The position numbers and the translations under genes are program-made. This document shows positions 34,655 to 44,881 of a DNA stretch of 45,527 nucleotides, piece after piece. The notes beneath the pieces were generated by a model, which was given only the letters and a program-made list of their open reading frames with translations, was not told the origin of the DNA and did no database searches. The first letter of the stretch is position 1; the number at the start of each line of letters is the position of its first letter. This DNA comes from Clostridia bacterium (GTDB lineage: Bacteria > Bacillota > Clostridia > RGIG7378), in NCBI GenBank assembly GCA_017501105.1, contig JAFVXO010000106.1, positions 1 through 45,527 of the forward strand, read 5' to 3'.

Positions 34655-35229
34655 GTGAGAATGGAGCTTTTCGGATGAACGGATTAGATTTATCACATAG
34701 ATTTATAAAAGAGCATGTCCGTCCCGGACATACCTGCATAGATGCTACTGCAGGTCGTGGCAAGGACACCTTAATGCTGTGTCAGCTTGTTGGCCACAGT
34801 GGTCACGTTATCGCCATGGACATTCAGGAAGATGCCCTGCGCCAGACACGCCAGTTGCTGGAGGAACAGGGCTGGAGCCACGTGGCAGAGCTGCATCTGG
34901 ACAGCCACAGCAATATGTACCGGTATACGGAGCCCGAGTCGGTTAACTGTATTGTATTTAACTTTGGCTGGCTCCCCGGCGGAGACCACAACATATTTAC
35001 ACGCAAAGAGACCAGTATTGCGGCCATACAGCAAGGTCTGAATTTGCTTAAGCCCGGCGGCATTATGAGCCTGACTGTGTACTACGGACGCAACAACGGC
35101 TACGAGGAGCGAGATGCTATATTGGAGTTTCTGCGCACTGTGGATGACACAAAGTACACCATTATGGTTGTGGACTTTCCTAACCGGAAAAAGGACCCTC
35201 CTTTCCCTGTTTTTATCATCAAGGACTAG
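34651..35229 (+). CDS. mnmM: SAM-dependent tRNA (mnm5s2U34) methyltransferase, YtqB/MnmM family
   Basis: CIDATAGRGKDT, VFNFGWLPGGDHNIFT and KKDPPF align with B. subtilis YtqB (VVDATMGNGHDT, VFNLGYLPGGDKSITT, NDPPF). It starts at GTG 34651, overlapping the DUF554 stop; ATG 34675 is the alternative. Confidence 0.75.
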   Translation: MSENGAFRMNGLDLSHRFIKEHVRPGHTCIDATAGRGKDTLMLCQLVGHSGHVIAMDIQEDALRQTRQLLEEQGWSHVAELHLDSHSNMYRYTEPESVNCIVFNFGWLPGGDHNIFTRKETSIAAIQQGLNLLKPGGIMSLTVYYGRNNGYEERDAILEFLRTVDDTKYTIMVVDFPNRKKDPPFPVFIIKD

Positions 35230-35299
35230 GATGTCTTGTTTGATTTTTTACCTGTGAAAGCATATAATATTTGCGTATATTTCAACATAGGAGGCCCTT

Positions 35300-35854
35300 A
35301 TGATGACATATAAGATGAACATTGCCGGCTTGGACAGAGCGCTGCCCCTGTGCAGAGTCACAGACGACCTTTATATCGGCGCATTTGTTATTTTTGGCGA
35401 TGCAGAGCTGACAACAGCCTGCGCTACTGAGCTGCTCAAGAGAGTTCCCGAGTACGACTATTTGATTACTGCCGAGGCCAAGGGTATTCCCCTGGCACAC
35501 GAGATGGCACGTATCAATGGAGATTCCAAGTATTTTGTGGCACGCAAGGCCCCCAAGCTCTACATGAGCAATATTTTCGAGGTAGACGTTACATCTATCA
35601 CTACAGATTTTAAGCAAAAGCTCTACTTGGATGGCGCGGATGCTGATCTGATTAAGGGCAAGCGCATCCTGCTGGTGGACGATGTAATTTCCACTGGCGA
35701 GTCCCTGTTAGCTCTCGAGAAGCTGATCACCGCTGCCGGCGGGCAGATCTGTGGCAAGGCTGCTATTTTGGCCGAGGGAGATGCCCAGGATCGCCCTGAT
35801 TTGATCTATTTGGAGAAGCTTCCTCTGTTTAACTCCGACGGCTCCGTCAAGTAG
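35300..35854 (+). CDS. Phosphoribosyltransferase family protein (adenine/purine PRTase-like)
   Basis: ILLVDDVISTGESL is the PRPP-binding motif. The ORF is 184 aa with an AGGAGG RBS. The overlapping minus-strand ORF 35282-35617 is rejected. Confidence 0.75.
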   Translation: MMTYKMNIAGLDRALPLCRVTDDLYIGAFVIFGDAELTTACATELLKRVPEYDYLITAEAKGIPLAHEMARINGDSKYFVARKAPKLYMSNIFEVDVTSITTDFKQKLYLDGADADLIKGKRILLVDDVISTGESLLALEKLITAAGGQICGKAAILAEGDAQDRPDLIYLEKLPLFNSDGSVK

Positions 35855-35877
35855 TTCATTACACATTCCGATTGCCA

Positions 35878-35904
35878 CCGCCTTGCTCTGAGCAGGGCGG
35901 TTTT
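35878..35904 (+). terminator. Rho-independent terminator after the PRTase gene
   Basis: CCGCCTTGCT-ctg-AGCAGGGCGG forms a 10-bp stem with one G-U pair, followed by TTTT. Confidence 0.7.
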
Positions 35905-35943
35905 GTATAAAGTTTCCCTAGGAATCCACCGATTATTTTACCT

Positions 35944-36708
35944 ATGAAGATTACCGTTCTAGCTGAAAACACATGCCTCAGGACTGATTTACAGGCCGAA
36001 CATGGCCTTAGTCTGCTGATCGAGACTCAGGGGCTTACTATACTGTTCGATATGGGACAGACAGATTTATTTGTCCGCAACGCAGAACGTCTGAATATAG
36101 AGTTGTCAAAGGTTGACTTTGCAGTAGTCTCCCATGGCCACTACGACCATGGTGGTGGGTTTCATGCATTCCGCCGTCTCAACCCTACTGCTCCTGTATA
36201 CATAAGGCCCCAGGCCTTTGAACCATACTACAACCGCTCCGGCAAATACATTGGCCTGGACACATCTATCTTCCAGGACCCAGGCCTTGTCCTCTGCCAT
36301 GATGGCTTCTCCCCTGTCGAGAACATTACCCTGTGCTCCTGCGATGCCCGGGATATAGGCGCCTCTGGCCTATGGCGCCGCGATGGAGAATCCATGGTTC
36401 CCGACGATTTTCGACACGAGCAGTACATGTTAATTTATGAAAAAGAACGCCGCATACTGGTGAGCGGGTGCTCCCACAGGGGCATTCTCAATATTGTCTC
36501 ACACTTCCAGCCAGATGTACTGGTAGGAGGCTTTCACCTATCCCATATCCAGCCGGGACAAGAGCTTAGCTGCCTTTCCTCACAGCTCAACAACTTCTCC
36601 ACGGAGTACTACACATGTCACTGCACCGGACTTCCTCAATATCAACACATGGTTAAGCACATGGACCGCCTGCACTACTTGTCCACAGGTCAGACCATTA
36701 CTATATAA
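35944..36708 (+). CDS. MBL-fold metallo-hydrolase
   Basis: It carries VVSHGHYDHGGG (HxHxDH motif). The ORF is 254 aa. Confidence 0.8.
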   Translation: MKITVLAENTCLRTDLQAEHGLSLLIETQGLTILFDMGQTDLFVRNAERLNIELSKVDFAVVSHGHYDHGGGFHAFRRLNPTAPVYIRPQAFEPYYNRSGKYIGLDTSIFQDPGLVLCHDGFSPVENITLCSCDARDIGASGLWRRDGESMVPDDFRHEQYMLIYEKERRILVSGCSHRGILNIVSHFQPDVLVGGFHLSHIQPGQELSCLSSQLNNFSTEYYTCHCTGLPQYQHMVKHMDRLHYLSTGQTITI

Positions 36709-36710
36709 CC

Positions 36711-37847
36711 TCACTCAGCTATTGCAGGCTTTTCAGCAGGCCCTCGGCCATTTAACACCGGTTGGACAGAGCTTCTCTTCCTAAGAGAAATCAGGGCCGA
36801 AATGGGTATTACTCCATAGGTGACTGCCATATTTACCACAGGTATTACAACATCTGAGGCAACGGACAGCTCAGAGGCAGATTCCGCCACCAGTACTGAT
36901 GATGCCATAACCGCTCCCGCCGCAAATACCGCAGTCCACCTGATTGACCTGGTACCCAATATGTTCCTAATATTACTTACACAGATGCTGAGCAGTCCTC
37001 CCAGATAGATTACGTCCGTCAACACCCACAGAGATATCACCAGGGATTCCATCCTCTCCAATACCCCAAACACATTTAGGGTACGAATCATAGAGAAAAA
37101 GGGATCGTGTAACACCTCCGTCAGCTCAGGGCTAATTACCCCTACTGTAGTCACCGTAACCATCAGAGCTATTCCCAGGGCCATGGATATCCTGCCCATC
37201 TTTCCCCACAGAGACATCTTTCTGTGCCCCTCAGTTTGAAAATATAGAAAGTATACCCAGGGAGACATTACACTGATTACAGGCACAGTTCCCTTGAGGT
37301 ATGACATACCCTCGGAGATATCCAGAGGCATCAGGTTATCCACTGACATGTCCACCAGGGCAAAAACTGTCACCAAAATCAGTACCGGTATCAGGATATA
37401 CCAGACCACCTGTCCCATGTATGCCAATGTCCTCTCCCTGCCAACTGCTACCATTATTATCAGCAGCAACAGGATTATGGTAAAGAACATGGTGTCACCC
37501 TGCTTAAATATGGTACTAATGAGCCTCTCGCTGCTGGTGCGAATAACCATTCCGCTATATATCAGGAGCCAAAGGGTCATCAGCATGTTGACTATGTTCC
37601 CTCCAACCTGTCCGTAAGCGTCACAGAACATATTTCCCAGAGTCCGTTCCCTATTTTTTCCACTTATTACGTAATGGGCAAATATCACCATAAGCAGCGT
37701 AGGGATGGCAGCCAGCAGCACTGATATCCACGCCCCCCTGCCTGCAGCAGCGGTATTAAGTCTGGGCAACAGTCGGATCATAGGAGAAAACAGACATGTT
37801 GTCATAAGCACCACCAATTGGCGGTTATTCATCTTGCCTCTTGTCAT
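36711..37847 (-). CDS. Spore germination protein, GerAB/GerKB-type permease subunit
   Basis: The 378-aa ORF has about 10 TM segments and an N-terminus (QLVVLMTTCLFSPMIRLLP) typical of B subunits. It shows an ATGA overlap with the C-subunit gene. Confidence 0.8.
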   Translation of the reverse strand: MTRGKMNNRQLVVLMTTCLFSPMIRLLPRLNTAAAGRGAWISVLLAAIPTLLMVIFAHYVISGKNRERTLGNMFCDAYGQVGGNIVNMLMTLWLLIYSGMVIRTSSERLISTIFKQGDTMFFTIILLLLIIMVAVGRERTLAYMGQVVWYILIPVLILVTVFALVDMSVDNLMPLDISEGMSYLKGTVPVISVMSPWVYFLYFQTEGHRKMSLWGKMGRISMALGIALMVTVTTVGVISPELTEVLHDPFFSMIRTLNVFGVLERMESLVISLWVLTDVIYLGGLLSICVSNIRNILGTRSIRWTAVFAAGAVMASSVLVAESASELSVASDVVIPVVNMAVTYGVIPISALISLRKRSSVQPVLNGRGPAEKPAIAE

Positions 37848-38950
37848 TGTTCTGCCCCCTCTCCAATGGCGTAGGTTCTGTTGAGAGTGGCATTGACTAT
37901 CAGCTGATAGGATATGTTATTGTAGTCCATAGTCTCCTTTTTCCCCGTCAAGAGATATGCCCGTTGGCCCAGTCCGCATATGTCCAGTCCCAGATCGTAG
38001 GACTTCTGTATCAAATCACTTACGGAGTTGTATATTCTCCTGTAAACTGCATCCTCTATCTGTTTGAGGCCCTCCCGATCCAGCATCTCCTGGTCCTTGT
38101 GCAATTCGTCCAGGCCGCACTGCATGCTGATCTCTATCTTGAGCATCCACTTGTCATCCTGCCATAGGATGGAATACTCCACATTTGTCTCGGAGATATC
38201 AACTCCCACGCCCTTATCGTCATCTCCGGTTATAACCTCGGAAAAATTCTTTAACCGGCCCTCCAGTAGTGCCAAGAGCCGCATTTCGTCTTTATTCAGG
38301 TGTATTGGATCTCCCTTTTCAGGCAGTACTGCCAGTCCCTTTGGCACTACCTTGCCCTCCTCCACAGCAAACTCGCTGGTCATCGCAAATCCGTTTCTTA
38401 GAAGGCTACTGATTACATCGATAAGGGTATAGCGGTACATAACTGAGGTTTCGAGCCCTTTGGCCGCCATGGAATCGAGTATTTCCGACAAGTTCTTGCC
38501 CTCCTCCACATCCTGCATGGTTTTTCCTGCAGAGCCGTCGACATAGTAGATTGCTGCGTTCAGTCCTATATCAGGCATGCGTATGCAATAGTCCAGAACA
38601 TCGGATATTTTAGAACTGGCTGCCGTATCAGAAAGCACTATATACTTTACATGGCCAAAATGCAGGTATGCTGTGCCTGCCTCCGTCTGCATATTGGCTA
38701 TGGCTTTGTTCATGGCTTCTCCGGACCCCTTGTATATTGCAGGTTTTTCGTTTGACATCTGGCTTCCCAAGGCCGTTATGGTCACCATGTCCTCTTGATG
38801 GTCGATGCTTATTACCTGAATCAGATCGATTGTTTCCAATTCGTGGTAGTCGTCATATATTCCCCCAAACACCAGCAGGGCAATCATCAGGCAAACTACG
38901 CAAAATCCTCTGAATGCCTTGGTAGATGTGCTAACATTCCTGGATTGCAT
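37844..38950 (-). CDS. Spore germination protein, Ger(x)C-type lipoprotein subunit
   Basis: The 368-aa ORF has an N-terminal hydrophobic segment. Its position between the A and B subunits, and its TAATG overlap with the A-subunit gene, support the call. Confidence 0.75.
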   Translation of the reverse strand: MQSRNVSTSTKAFRGFCVVCLMIALLVFGGIYDDYHELETIDLIQVISIDHQEDMVTITALGSQMSNEKPAIYKGSGEAMNKAIANMQTEAGTAYLHFGHVKYIVLSDTAASSKISDVLDYCIRMPDIGLNAAIYYVDGSAGKTMQDVEEGKNLSEILDSMAAKGLETSVMYRYTLIDVISSLLRNGFAMTSEFAVEEGKVVPKGLAVLPEKGDPIHLNKDEMRLLALLEGRLKNFSEVITGDDDKGVGVDISETNVEYSILWQDDKWMLKIEISMQCGLDELHKDQEMLDREGLKQIEDAVYRRIYNSVSDLIQKSYDLGLDICGLGQRAYLLTGKKETMDYNNISYQLIVNATLNRTYAIGEGAEQ

Positions 38951-40398
38951 TATTCCTGATTCCTCCTGTCTCTTGGCTTTAGGAACTCCTCACGCCATTT
39001 GCTCCTGGCCAAGGGCTTGCGAAACAGTGCATCACCCACCTGAGAACTTGTTCCGTTACAGAAAGGTGTCATATACGCTACTCCAAAGCTCTCCAGAGAG
39101 CATAAGTGATAGATCAGCACCGCCATACCCACTCCCAGGCCGAACATTCCACCGATAAGTGCACATATAACCAGCAAAAATCTGGCTATTCGCACAGCAT
39201 ATGCAAAGTCTTGATTTGGCATTGTATATCCCGCAATACCTGCAAGTGCCACCACAATTACTACAATTGGCGACATTACATTTGCAGAAACCGCAGACTC
39301 TCCCACAATCAGAGCTCCAATAATGCCTATAGTTTCACCTACGGGATTGGGTAGTCGTAGTCCCGATTCCTGTAGCAATTCAAAGGCAATCATCATGCCC
39401 AGAACCTCTAAAACCGTGGTTATAGGTACGTTTTCCTTGCTCTCAATTATGGTTATCATGAGCTGGGTTGGGATCATCTGCTGCTGATACATGGATATGG
39501 CCACATACAGGGCTGGCAGGAATAGGGATATTACCAATGCCATGTATCGGATAATGGTAAGAGCAGAAGAAACCAAATAATGGTTGGAATTATCCTCAGG
39601 GACTTTAAAAAACTGACCAAAGGTGCCGGGTATCAGGAATCCCATAGGTATGCCGTCCACCAATATACCAACCCTGCCCTCCAGCAGGTTCATGGCAAAT
39701 TTGTCGGAACGCTCAGTAGCCATCAGCTGTGGAAACGGCGTCTTAGGGTTGTCTACAATATATTCCTCCAGATTTCCAGAGGTAATCATACCGTCTATAT
39801 TTATTTTGCTTATGCGGTTTACTACAGATCTGATCATCTCCCGGTTTGTCAGGCCAGCAATGTACACCACATCCACTATGGTCCTGCTGCGAGCTCCGCA
39901 AAGGTGTCTCTCAATCTTTAAATTTGGCGTACGAAGCTTTCGTCGTACAAGCATGGTGTTTATTCGAATATTCTCGACAAAGGCGTCCTTTGCCCCTTTT
40001 ACAGTCTTCTCATTGTGAGGCTCTGTTATGTTCCTGTGCTCCTCACTCTTGACCTCAAAAGAAATTGCCTTCTCCAGACTGTCGAATACCAGGGCACATT
40101 TCTCTGCAGTAAGATGTGTAGCCAACTCCGTCAGACTGGCAACCTCATTTACCGTGGCGATGTAGGTGCCGCCGTGAAGCAACTTATCGTATATTGTCTG
40201 ATCCGTATCCTTGTGGGACAGATCCATTACCCTCAATGCGCGAATAATTCCTTCCCCTACTTGGGTACCATTTACCAGGCCGTCTATATAACATAGAGTA
40301 ACCTTTCGATCGGGATTCCCACCAATATATATCTCCCTACTCTCGTAATCCTCGCAATTTTGAAAGAACTGGGCCAACTTTGCGCTGCTAATTTCCAT
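38950..40398 (-). CDS. Spore germination protein, GerAA-type subunit
   Basis: The sequence is GerA-family throughout (IYIGG..KV.L.YIDGLV; C-terminal TM bundle). I moved the start to ATG 40398 (MEISSAKL). The track start (GTG 40455) lies inside the dapB terminator hairpin and has no RBS. Confidence 0.85.
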   Translation of the reverse strand: MEISSAKLAQFFQNCEDYESREIYIGGNPDRKVTLCYIDGLVNGTQVGEGIIRALRVMDLSHKDTDQTIYDKLLHGGTYIATVNEVASLTELATHLTAEKCALVFDSLEKAISFEVKSEEHRNITEPHNEKTVKGAKDAFVENIRINTMLVRRKLRTPNLKIERHLCGARSRTIVDVVYIAGLTNREMIRSVVNRISKINIDGMITSGNLEEYIVDNPKTPFPQLMATERSDKFAMNLLEGRVGILVDGIPMGFLIPGTFGQFFKVPEDNSNHYLVSSALTIIRYMALVISLFLPALYVAISMYQQQMIPTQLMITIIESKENVPITTVLEVLGMMIAFELLQESGLRLPNPVGETIGIIGALIVGESAVSANVMSPIVVIVVALAGIAGYTMPNQDFAYAVRIARFLLVICALIGGMFGLGVGMAVLIYHLCSLESFGVAYMTPFCNGTSSQVGDALFRKPLARSKWREEFLKPRDRRNQE

Positions 40399-40423
40399 AC
40401 GTTTCCCCGAAAGAAAAAAATCG

Positions 40424-40454
40424 ATGGAGCATACACTCCATCGATATTCTTTCA
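40424..40454 (-). terminator. Rho-independent terminator after dapB
   Basis: The minus strand reads TCGATGGAG-tgtatg-CTCCATCGA, followed by TTTTTTT. Confidence 0.8.
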
Positions 40455-40484
40455 CAAGTATGTGTAATTATTCGAAAACAGTCC

Positions 40485-41249
40485 TTATACTTGGCAAATG
40501 CTGTCGATCAGGTCATTCATGTTGTATCTGCCAGCTGTCTTACCGGCCATAAACTCTGCGGCTCTCAGTGCGCCAACGGCAAAAACCTCTCTGGAGGTAG
40601 CTCTGTGAGTCAGAGACACAATCTCGTCACGGCCCGCAAACAGCACCTCGTGCTCGCCTACAATATTGCCTCCTCTGATAGAAGAAATGCCAATCTCATG
40701 GGGATCCCTGCGCTCCCTGCGACTCTGTCTGTCGTAGACGTAGGTATCCTTGGTCTGCAAAGTCTCATTGATGGCATCTGCCAATGCCAATGCAGTTCCG
40801 CTTGGGGCGTCCAACTTTTGATTATGGTGGCGCTCTACAATCTCGATGTCAAAGGAACCCTCTAACATGGCAGCGGCCATCTTGGATAGGCGGATCAACA
40901 GATTCACGCCCAGGGACATATTTGCGGAGGTGAAAACAGCCACTGTTTTGGACAGATCCTCCAGTGCATCCAATCTATCCTGATCCAGACCTGTGGTGGC
41001 CATAACCAAGGGAATACCCAATCTCCTGCACATATCTACTACGTTGAGGGTTACAGATGGATTAGAAAAATCAATAACGCAATCCGCCTCTATGTCACAC
41101 TGATCCGGTGTATCAAACACGGGGAAGTCACAATCCACCTTGTACAGGTCTACGCCTGCCACAATTTTTACTGCATCTCCCGCCTTGGCTGCATCGGCAA
41201 TAGCGCGCCCCATTCTGCCACTAGAGCCTACTAAAATCACTCTTACCAT
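40485..41249 (-). CDS. dapB: 4-hydroxy-tetrahydrodipicolinate reductase
   Basis: It carries MVRVILVGSSGRMG (NAD(P) site) and ERHHNQKLDAPSGTA (the DapB signature). Confidence 0.93.
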   Translation of the reverse strand: MVRVILVGSSGRMGRAIADAAKAGDAVKIVAGVDLYKVDCDFPVFDTPDQCDIEADCVIDFSNPSVTLNVVDMCRRLGIPLVMATTGLDQDRLDALEDLSKTVAVFTSANMSLGVNLLIRLSKMAAAMLEGSFDIEIVERHHNQKLDAPSGTALALADAINETLQTKDTYVYDRQSRRERRDPHEIGISSIRGGNIVGEHEVLFAGRDEIVSLTHRATSREVFAVGALRAAEFMAGKTAGRYNMNDLIDSICQV

Positions 41250-41254
41250 GGCAA

Positions 41255-42157
41255 TTACCTCACAACCTTAAGTCCAAAGTCCTGCATCTCCTTGCGAAGG
41301 AGCTCAACATGCTTAGGCTCCATATCAACCAGAGGCAATCTGCAACCACCTACATCCCATCCAAGAAGATTCATTCCCTCCTTGACAGGAATAGGGTTGG
41401 TCTCGCAGAACAGTGCCTTAACCAGGGGGGTGCAGCGGAGCTGCATCTCTGTGGCAAGAGGCAGGTTGCCCTCAAGACTGGCCATCATCATATCATGTGT
41501 GAATTTGGGAGCAATGTTAGCAATAACAGAAATAACACCCTTGGCTCCCAAAGCTACTGCTGCAACAGCAACTCCGTCCTCGCCGGAATAAACTGTGTAT
41601 CCCTTGTTTGCTCCACAGAGAACCTCGGGAATCTGTGTTACAGAGCACTCCTTAACGCCGGCAATGCCGGGAATCTCGGACAGTGCAATCTGGGTCTCCG
41701 GAGATATATTCATGCCTGTTCTGGAGGGAACGTTGTACATGATTACGGGAATATCTGCTGCGGCAGCGATGGCCTTAAAGTGCTCAAAGAGACCTCTCTG
41801 TGTGGTCTTGTTGTAATAGGGAGTTACGCTGAGTACAGCATCTGCGCCCAAATCCTTGGCAAACTGGGTAAGTTCCACGGAACGTCTGGTCTCGTTGCTG
41901 CCTGCGTTGGCAATAACGGGAACTCTGTTTGCCACCTTCTTGACGGCGTACTCGATGGCTGCCATATGCTCATCACAGAACATAGTTGAGGACTCGCCTG
42001 TAGTACCTGCAATAAGAATAGCGTCGGTCTTGTTGGCAATCTGGTCCTCAATAAGCTGGCCCATTTTGTCAAAGTCTACTCCCCAAACGCCCTTGTGATC
42101 TGTAAATGGGGTAACCAAAGCTACTGCTGATCCTTCGAAAACTCTTGTGTTATACAT
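41255..42157 (-). CDS. dapA: 4-hydroxy-tetrahydrodipicolinate synthase
   Basis: It carries GTTGES, YNVPSRTG and AGVKE (with the Schiff-base Lys), and has an AAGGAG RBS. Confidence 0.93.
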   Translation of the reverse strand: MYNTRVFEGSAVALVTPFTDHKGVWGVDFDKMGQLIEDQIANKTDAILIAGTTGESSTMFCDEHMAAIEYAVKKVANRVPVIANAGSNETRRSVELTQFAKDLGADAVLSVTPYYNKTTQRGLFEHFKAIAAAADIPVIMYNVPSRTGMNISPETQIALSEIPGIAGVKECSVTQIPEVLCGANKGYTVYSGEDGVAVAAVALGAKGVISVIANIAPKFTHDMMMASLEGNLPLATEMQLRCTPLVKALFCETNPIPVKEGMNLLGWDVGGCRLPLVDMEPKHVELLRKEMQDFGLKVVR

Positions 42158-42180
42158 ATTTGACTCTCCTTCTCGCTGAA

Positions 42181-44823
42181 TCAGCGGTTAGATAAATGTT
42201 CAATGCGCTCGTCAAGCTGTGCAAGGACCTCAGTGAACTTGGATACCTTTTCCTTTTCCTGCTCGATAAGCTGTGCAGGGGCCTTGGCTACAAATCCGGG
42301 ATTGTTCAACTTGCCTGTAGCTCTCTGGAGTTCTCCTGCGGCGGCGTCTCTCTCCTTCTTGAGCCTCTGAATCTCCTTGGAAATGTCGATCAGCTGATCC
42401 AGGGGAATGTATACCTGACATCCGTCGCAGATAACAGAAACTGCGTCTCCGGGGATACCCTCCTTGTCTGCCTGTACAATAACTGCAGATGCTCCGGCCA
42501 ATCTCTCAAAATATCCGGTGCCGCTCTTAATGGAGTCTCTTACCTGCTGAGAGTCAGCAACAAAAATCATGTTAGCCTTAGTAGAATTAGGCACGCCCAT
42601 CTCTGCGCGAATGTTGCGGATGCCGCGAATTGCTGTCATAACCAACTCCATGCGGTCAGCCTCCTCAGGGAACTGCTCCTCAGCATTCACCTGGGGCCAA
42701 TCAGAAATCACGATACTCTCATCGGGCTGAACCAGTCCCATGTAAATCTCCTCAGTGATGAAGGGCATGAAGGGATGCAGCAGCTTCATGGATGTAGATA
42801 GAACCTTGTTAAGCACATAGAGGGTCTCGGTCTTGCCTGGTCTGTCTCCGTAAAGTGCAGGCTTAGCCAACTCGATGTACCAGTCACAGAACAGATCCCA
42901 TACGAAATCATATACCTTCTGCAGTGCAACGCCGAACTCAAACTTGTCCATGTTAGAGTTGATTTCCTCCACCAGGTTATTAAGTCCGTTGAGAATCCAC
43001 TTGTCCGCATCGGTAAAGTTGTCAGGGTTCAAGTTGTCAAAGCTCTGATTCTCCTCGAAATTACCTACAGTAAACCTATATGCATTCCATATCTTGTTGC
43101 AGAAGTTTCTGGCGGCTTCTACCTTCTCGTCTGTAAATCTCAGGTCGTTGCCTGCTGCGTTGCCGATAACCAAGGCAAATCTCAGGGCGTCTGTGCCGTA
43201 CTTGTCGATAATGTCCAAGGGGTCTATGCCGTTGCCCAGCGACTTGGACATCTTGCGACCCTGTGCATCTCTGACAAGTCCATGGATCATGACGTACTTG
43301 AAGGGTTCCTGTCCCATCTGCTCGCAGGAGGAGAAAATCATCCTGGCTACCCAGAAGAATATAATGTCATAACCTGTTACCAGGACATCTGTGGGGAAGA
43401 AATACTTGAGCTCATCGGTTTCCGCAGGCCATCCCATTGTGGAGAAAGGCCAGAGTGCAGAAGAAAACCAGGTGTCCAGAGTGTCGGGATCCTGATCCAG
43501 ATGCGTACTGCCGCACTTGGGGCAAACTGTAGGTGCATCCTTGGAAACCACAATTTCTCCGCAATCTGCACAGTAGTATGCAGGAATGCGGTGTCCCCAC
43601 CAGAGCTGTCTGGATATACACCAGTCCTGAATATTCTCCATCCAGTTGAAGTAGATCTTGGAGAATCTGTCGGGAACGAACTTGGTCTTACCTGTTCTTA
43701 CAACATCGATAGCAGGCTCTGCCAAAGGCTTCATCTTAACGTACCACTGGGTGGAAACCACGGGCTCAACTGTGGTGCCGCAGCGCTGGCATGTACCTAC
43801 GTTGTGGGTGTAGGGCTGAACCTTCTCCAGGTTTCCCTGAGCCTCAAAATCAGCCACGATAGCCTTGCGAGCCTCGTATCTGTCCATGCCGGCGTATTTG
43901 CCTGTATCAGGAGTCATCTTGCCTTGCTTATCAATAACGGTGATGATATCGAGATTGTGGCGCTTGCCAATCTCAAAGTCGTTGGGGTCGTGGGCAGGCG
44001 TAATCTTAACACAACCTGTACCGAAATCCTGCTCTACGTACTCATCTGCAATAACAGGGATGAGTCTGTCTGTAAGAGGCAGTCTCAACATCTTTCCGAT
44101 AAGATGCTGGTATCTCTCGTCATTAGGGTTAACTGCTACAGCTGTATCACCCAGGCATGTCTCAGGTCTGGTGGTAGCCACAACCAAATATCCTGTGCCA
44201 TCTGCATAGGGGTATCTCAGGTGCCAGAAGGATCCGGCCTGATCCTCGTACTCAACCTCAATATCCGAAATGGATGTACCGCACTTGGGACACCAGTTGG
44301 ACATGCGCTCGCCTCTATAAATAAGGCCTTTGTCGTACAGGCGGCAGAATACCTCTGTAACTGCGTCGGACAATCCCTGGTCCATGGTAAATCGCTCTCT
44401 GTCCCAGTCGCAGGAGCTACCCATCTTCTTGAGCTGCTCAACAATGCGGCCGCCATATACACGGCGCCACTCCCATGCTCTCTCCAGGAACTCCTCTCTG
44501 GTCAAGTCGTCCTTGGAAATGCCCTCCTTGGCCATCTGATCCACGATCTTGGCCTCTGTAGCAATGCTGGCGTGGTCTGTGCCGGGCAGCCACAGTGTCT
44601 CATATCCGGACATTCTCTTCCATCTGACCAAAATATCCTGCATAGTACAGTCCAGGGCATGTCCTGTGTGGAGCTGTCCTGTAATGTTGGGTGGCGGCAT
44701 TACGATAGAGAAAGGCTTCTTGTCCGGGTTGACCTCTGCGTGAAAATATCTGTTTGAAATCCATTTGTCGTACAGGCGTGACTCCACCTGCGCAGGATCA
44801 TATGTTTTAGCTATCTCTCTCAT
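42181..44823 (-). CDS. valS: Valine--tRNA ligase
   Basis: It carries PPPNITGQLHTGH (HIGH motif) and KMSKSLGN (KMSKS motif), with a C-terminal coiled coil. I moved the start to ATG 44823 (MREIAKTYDP), which has AGGAG 8 nt upstream. Confidence 0.95.
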   Translation of the reverse strand: MREIAKTYDPAQVESRLYDKWISNRYFHAEVNPDKKPFSIVMPPPNITGQLHTGHALDCTMQDILVRWKRMSGYETLWLPGTDHASIATEAKIVDQMAKEGISKDDLTREEFLERAWEWRRVYGGRIVEQLKKMGSSCDWDRERFTMDQGLSDAVTEVFCRLYDKGLIYRGERMSNWCPKCGTSISDIEVEYEDQAGSFWHLRYPYADGTGYLVVATTRPETCLGDTAVAVNPNDERYQHLIGKMLRLPLTDRLIPVIADEYVEQDFGTGCVKITPAHDPNDFEIGKRHNLDIITVIDKQGKMTPDTGKYAGMDRYEARKAIVADFEAQGNLEKVQPYTHNVGTCQRCGTTVEPVVSTQWYVKMKPLAEPAIDVVRTGKTKFVPDRFSKIYFNWMENIQDWCISRQLWWGHRIPAYYCADCGEIVVSKDAPTVCPKCGSTHLDQDPDTLDTWFSSALWPFSTMGWPAETDELKYFFPTDVLVTGYDIIFFWVARMIFSSCEQMGQEPFKYVMIHGLVRDAQGRKMSKSLGNGIDPLDIIDKYGTDALRFALVIGNAAGNDLRFTDEKVEAARNFCNKIWNAYRFTVGNFEENQSFDNLNPDNFTDADKWILNGLNNLVEEINSNMDKFEFGVALQKVYDFVWDLFCDWYIELAKPALYGDRPGKTETLYVLNKVLSTSMKLLHPFMPFITEEIYMGLVQPDESIVISDWPQVNAEEQFPEEADRMELVMTAIRGIRNIRAEMGVPNSTKANMIFVADSQQVRDSIKSGTGYFERLAGASAVIVQADKEGIPGDAVSVICDGCQVYIPLDQLIDISKEIQRLKKERDAAAGELQRATGKLNNPGFVAKAPAQLIEQEKEKVSKFTEVLAQLDERIEHLSNR

Positions 44824-44881
44824 ACAACAATCTCCTAAAAGGGAATTATATTCTGCTGCCACACTAGGGCATTATTGGAGG

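Noticed and set aside
35282-35617. A 111-aa minus-strand ORF.
   Set aside because: It lies entirely within the PRTase gene, which has an AGGAGG RBS and a PRPP-binding motif. It is an antisense artefact.
40399-40484. A search for a SigG-type promoter (GHATR-N17/18-CATXHTA) upstream of the gerA-like operon.
   Set aside because: GAATA motifs are present, but no correctly spaced CATxxTA was found. The space between the dapB terminator and the ATG is only about 25 nt. I make no promoter call.
43282-44757. A 491-aa plus-strand ORF antisense to valS. Similar long antisense ORFs occur at 42196-42801, 41309-41989, 31411-32022, 32593-33327, 7637-8308, 4428-5012, 12027-12464 and 21243-21824.
   Set aside because: These ORFs are codon-aligned with the real gene on the other strand: their coordinates differ by multiples of 3. 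They therefore only reflect avoidance of sense TTA, CTA and TCA codons. Their products are low-complexity and have no RBS, while the sense genes carry unmistakable motifs.
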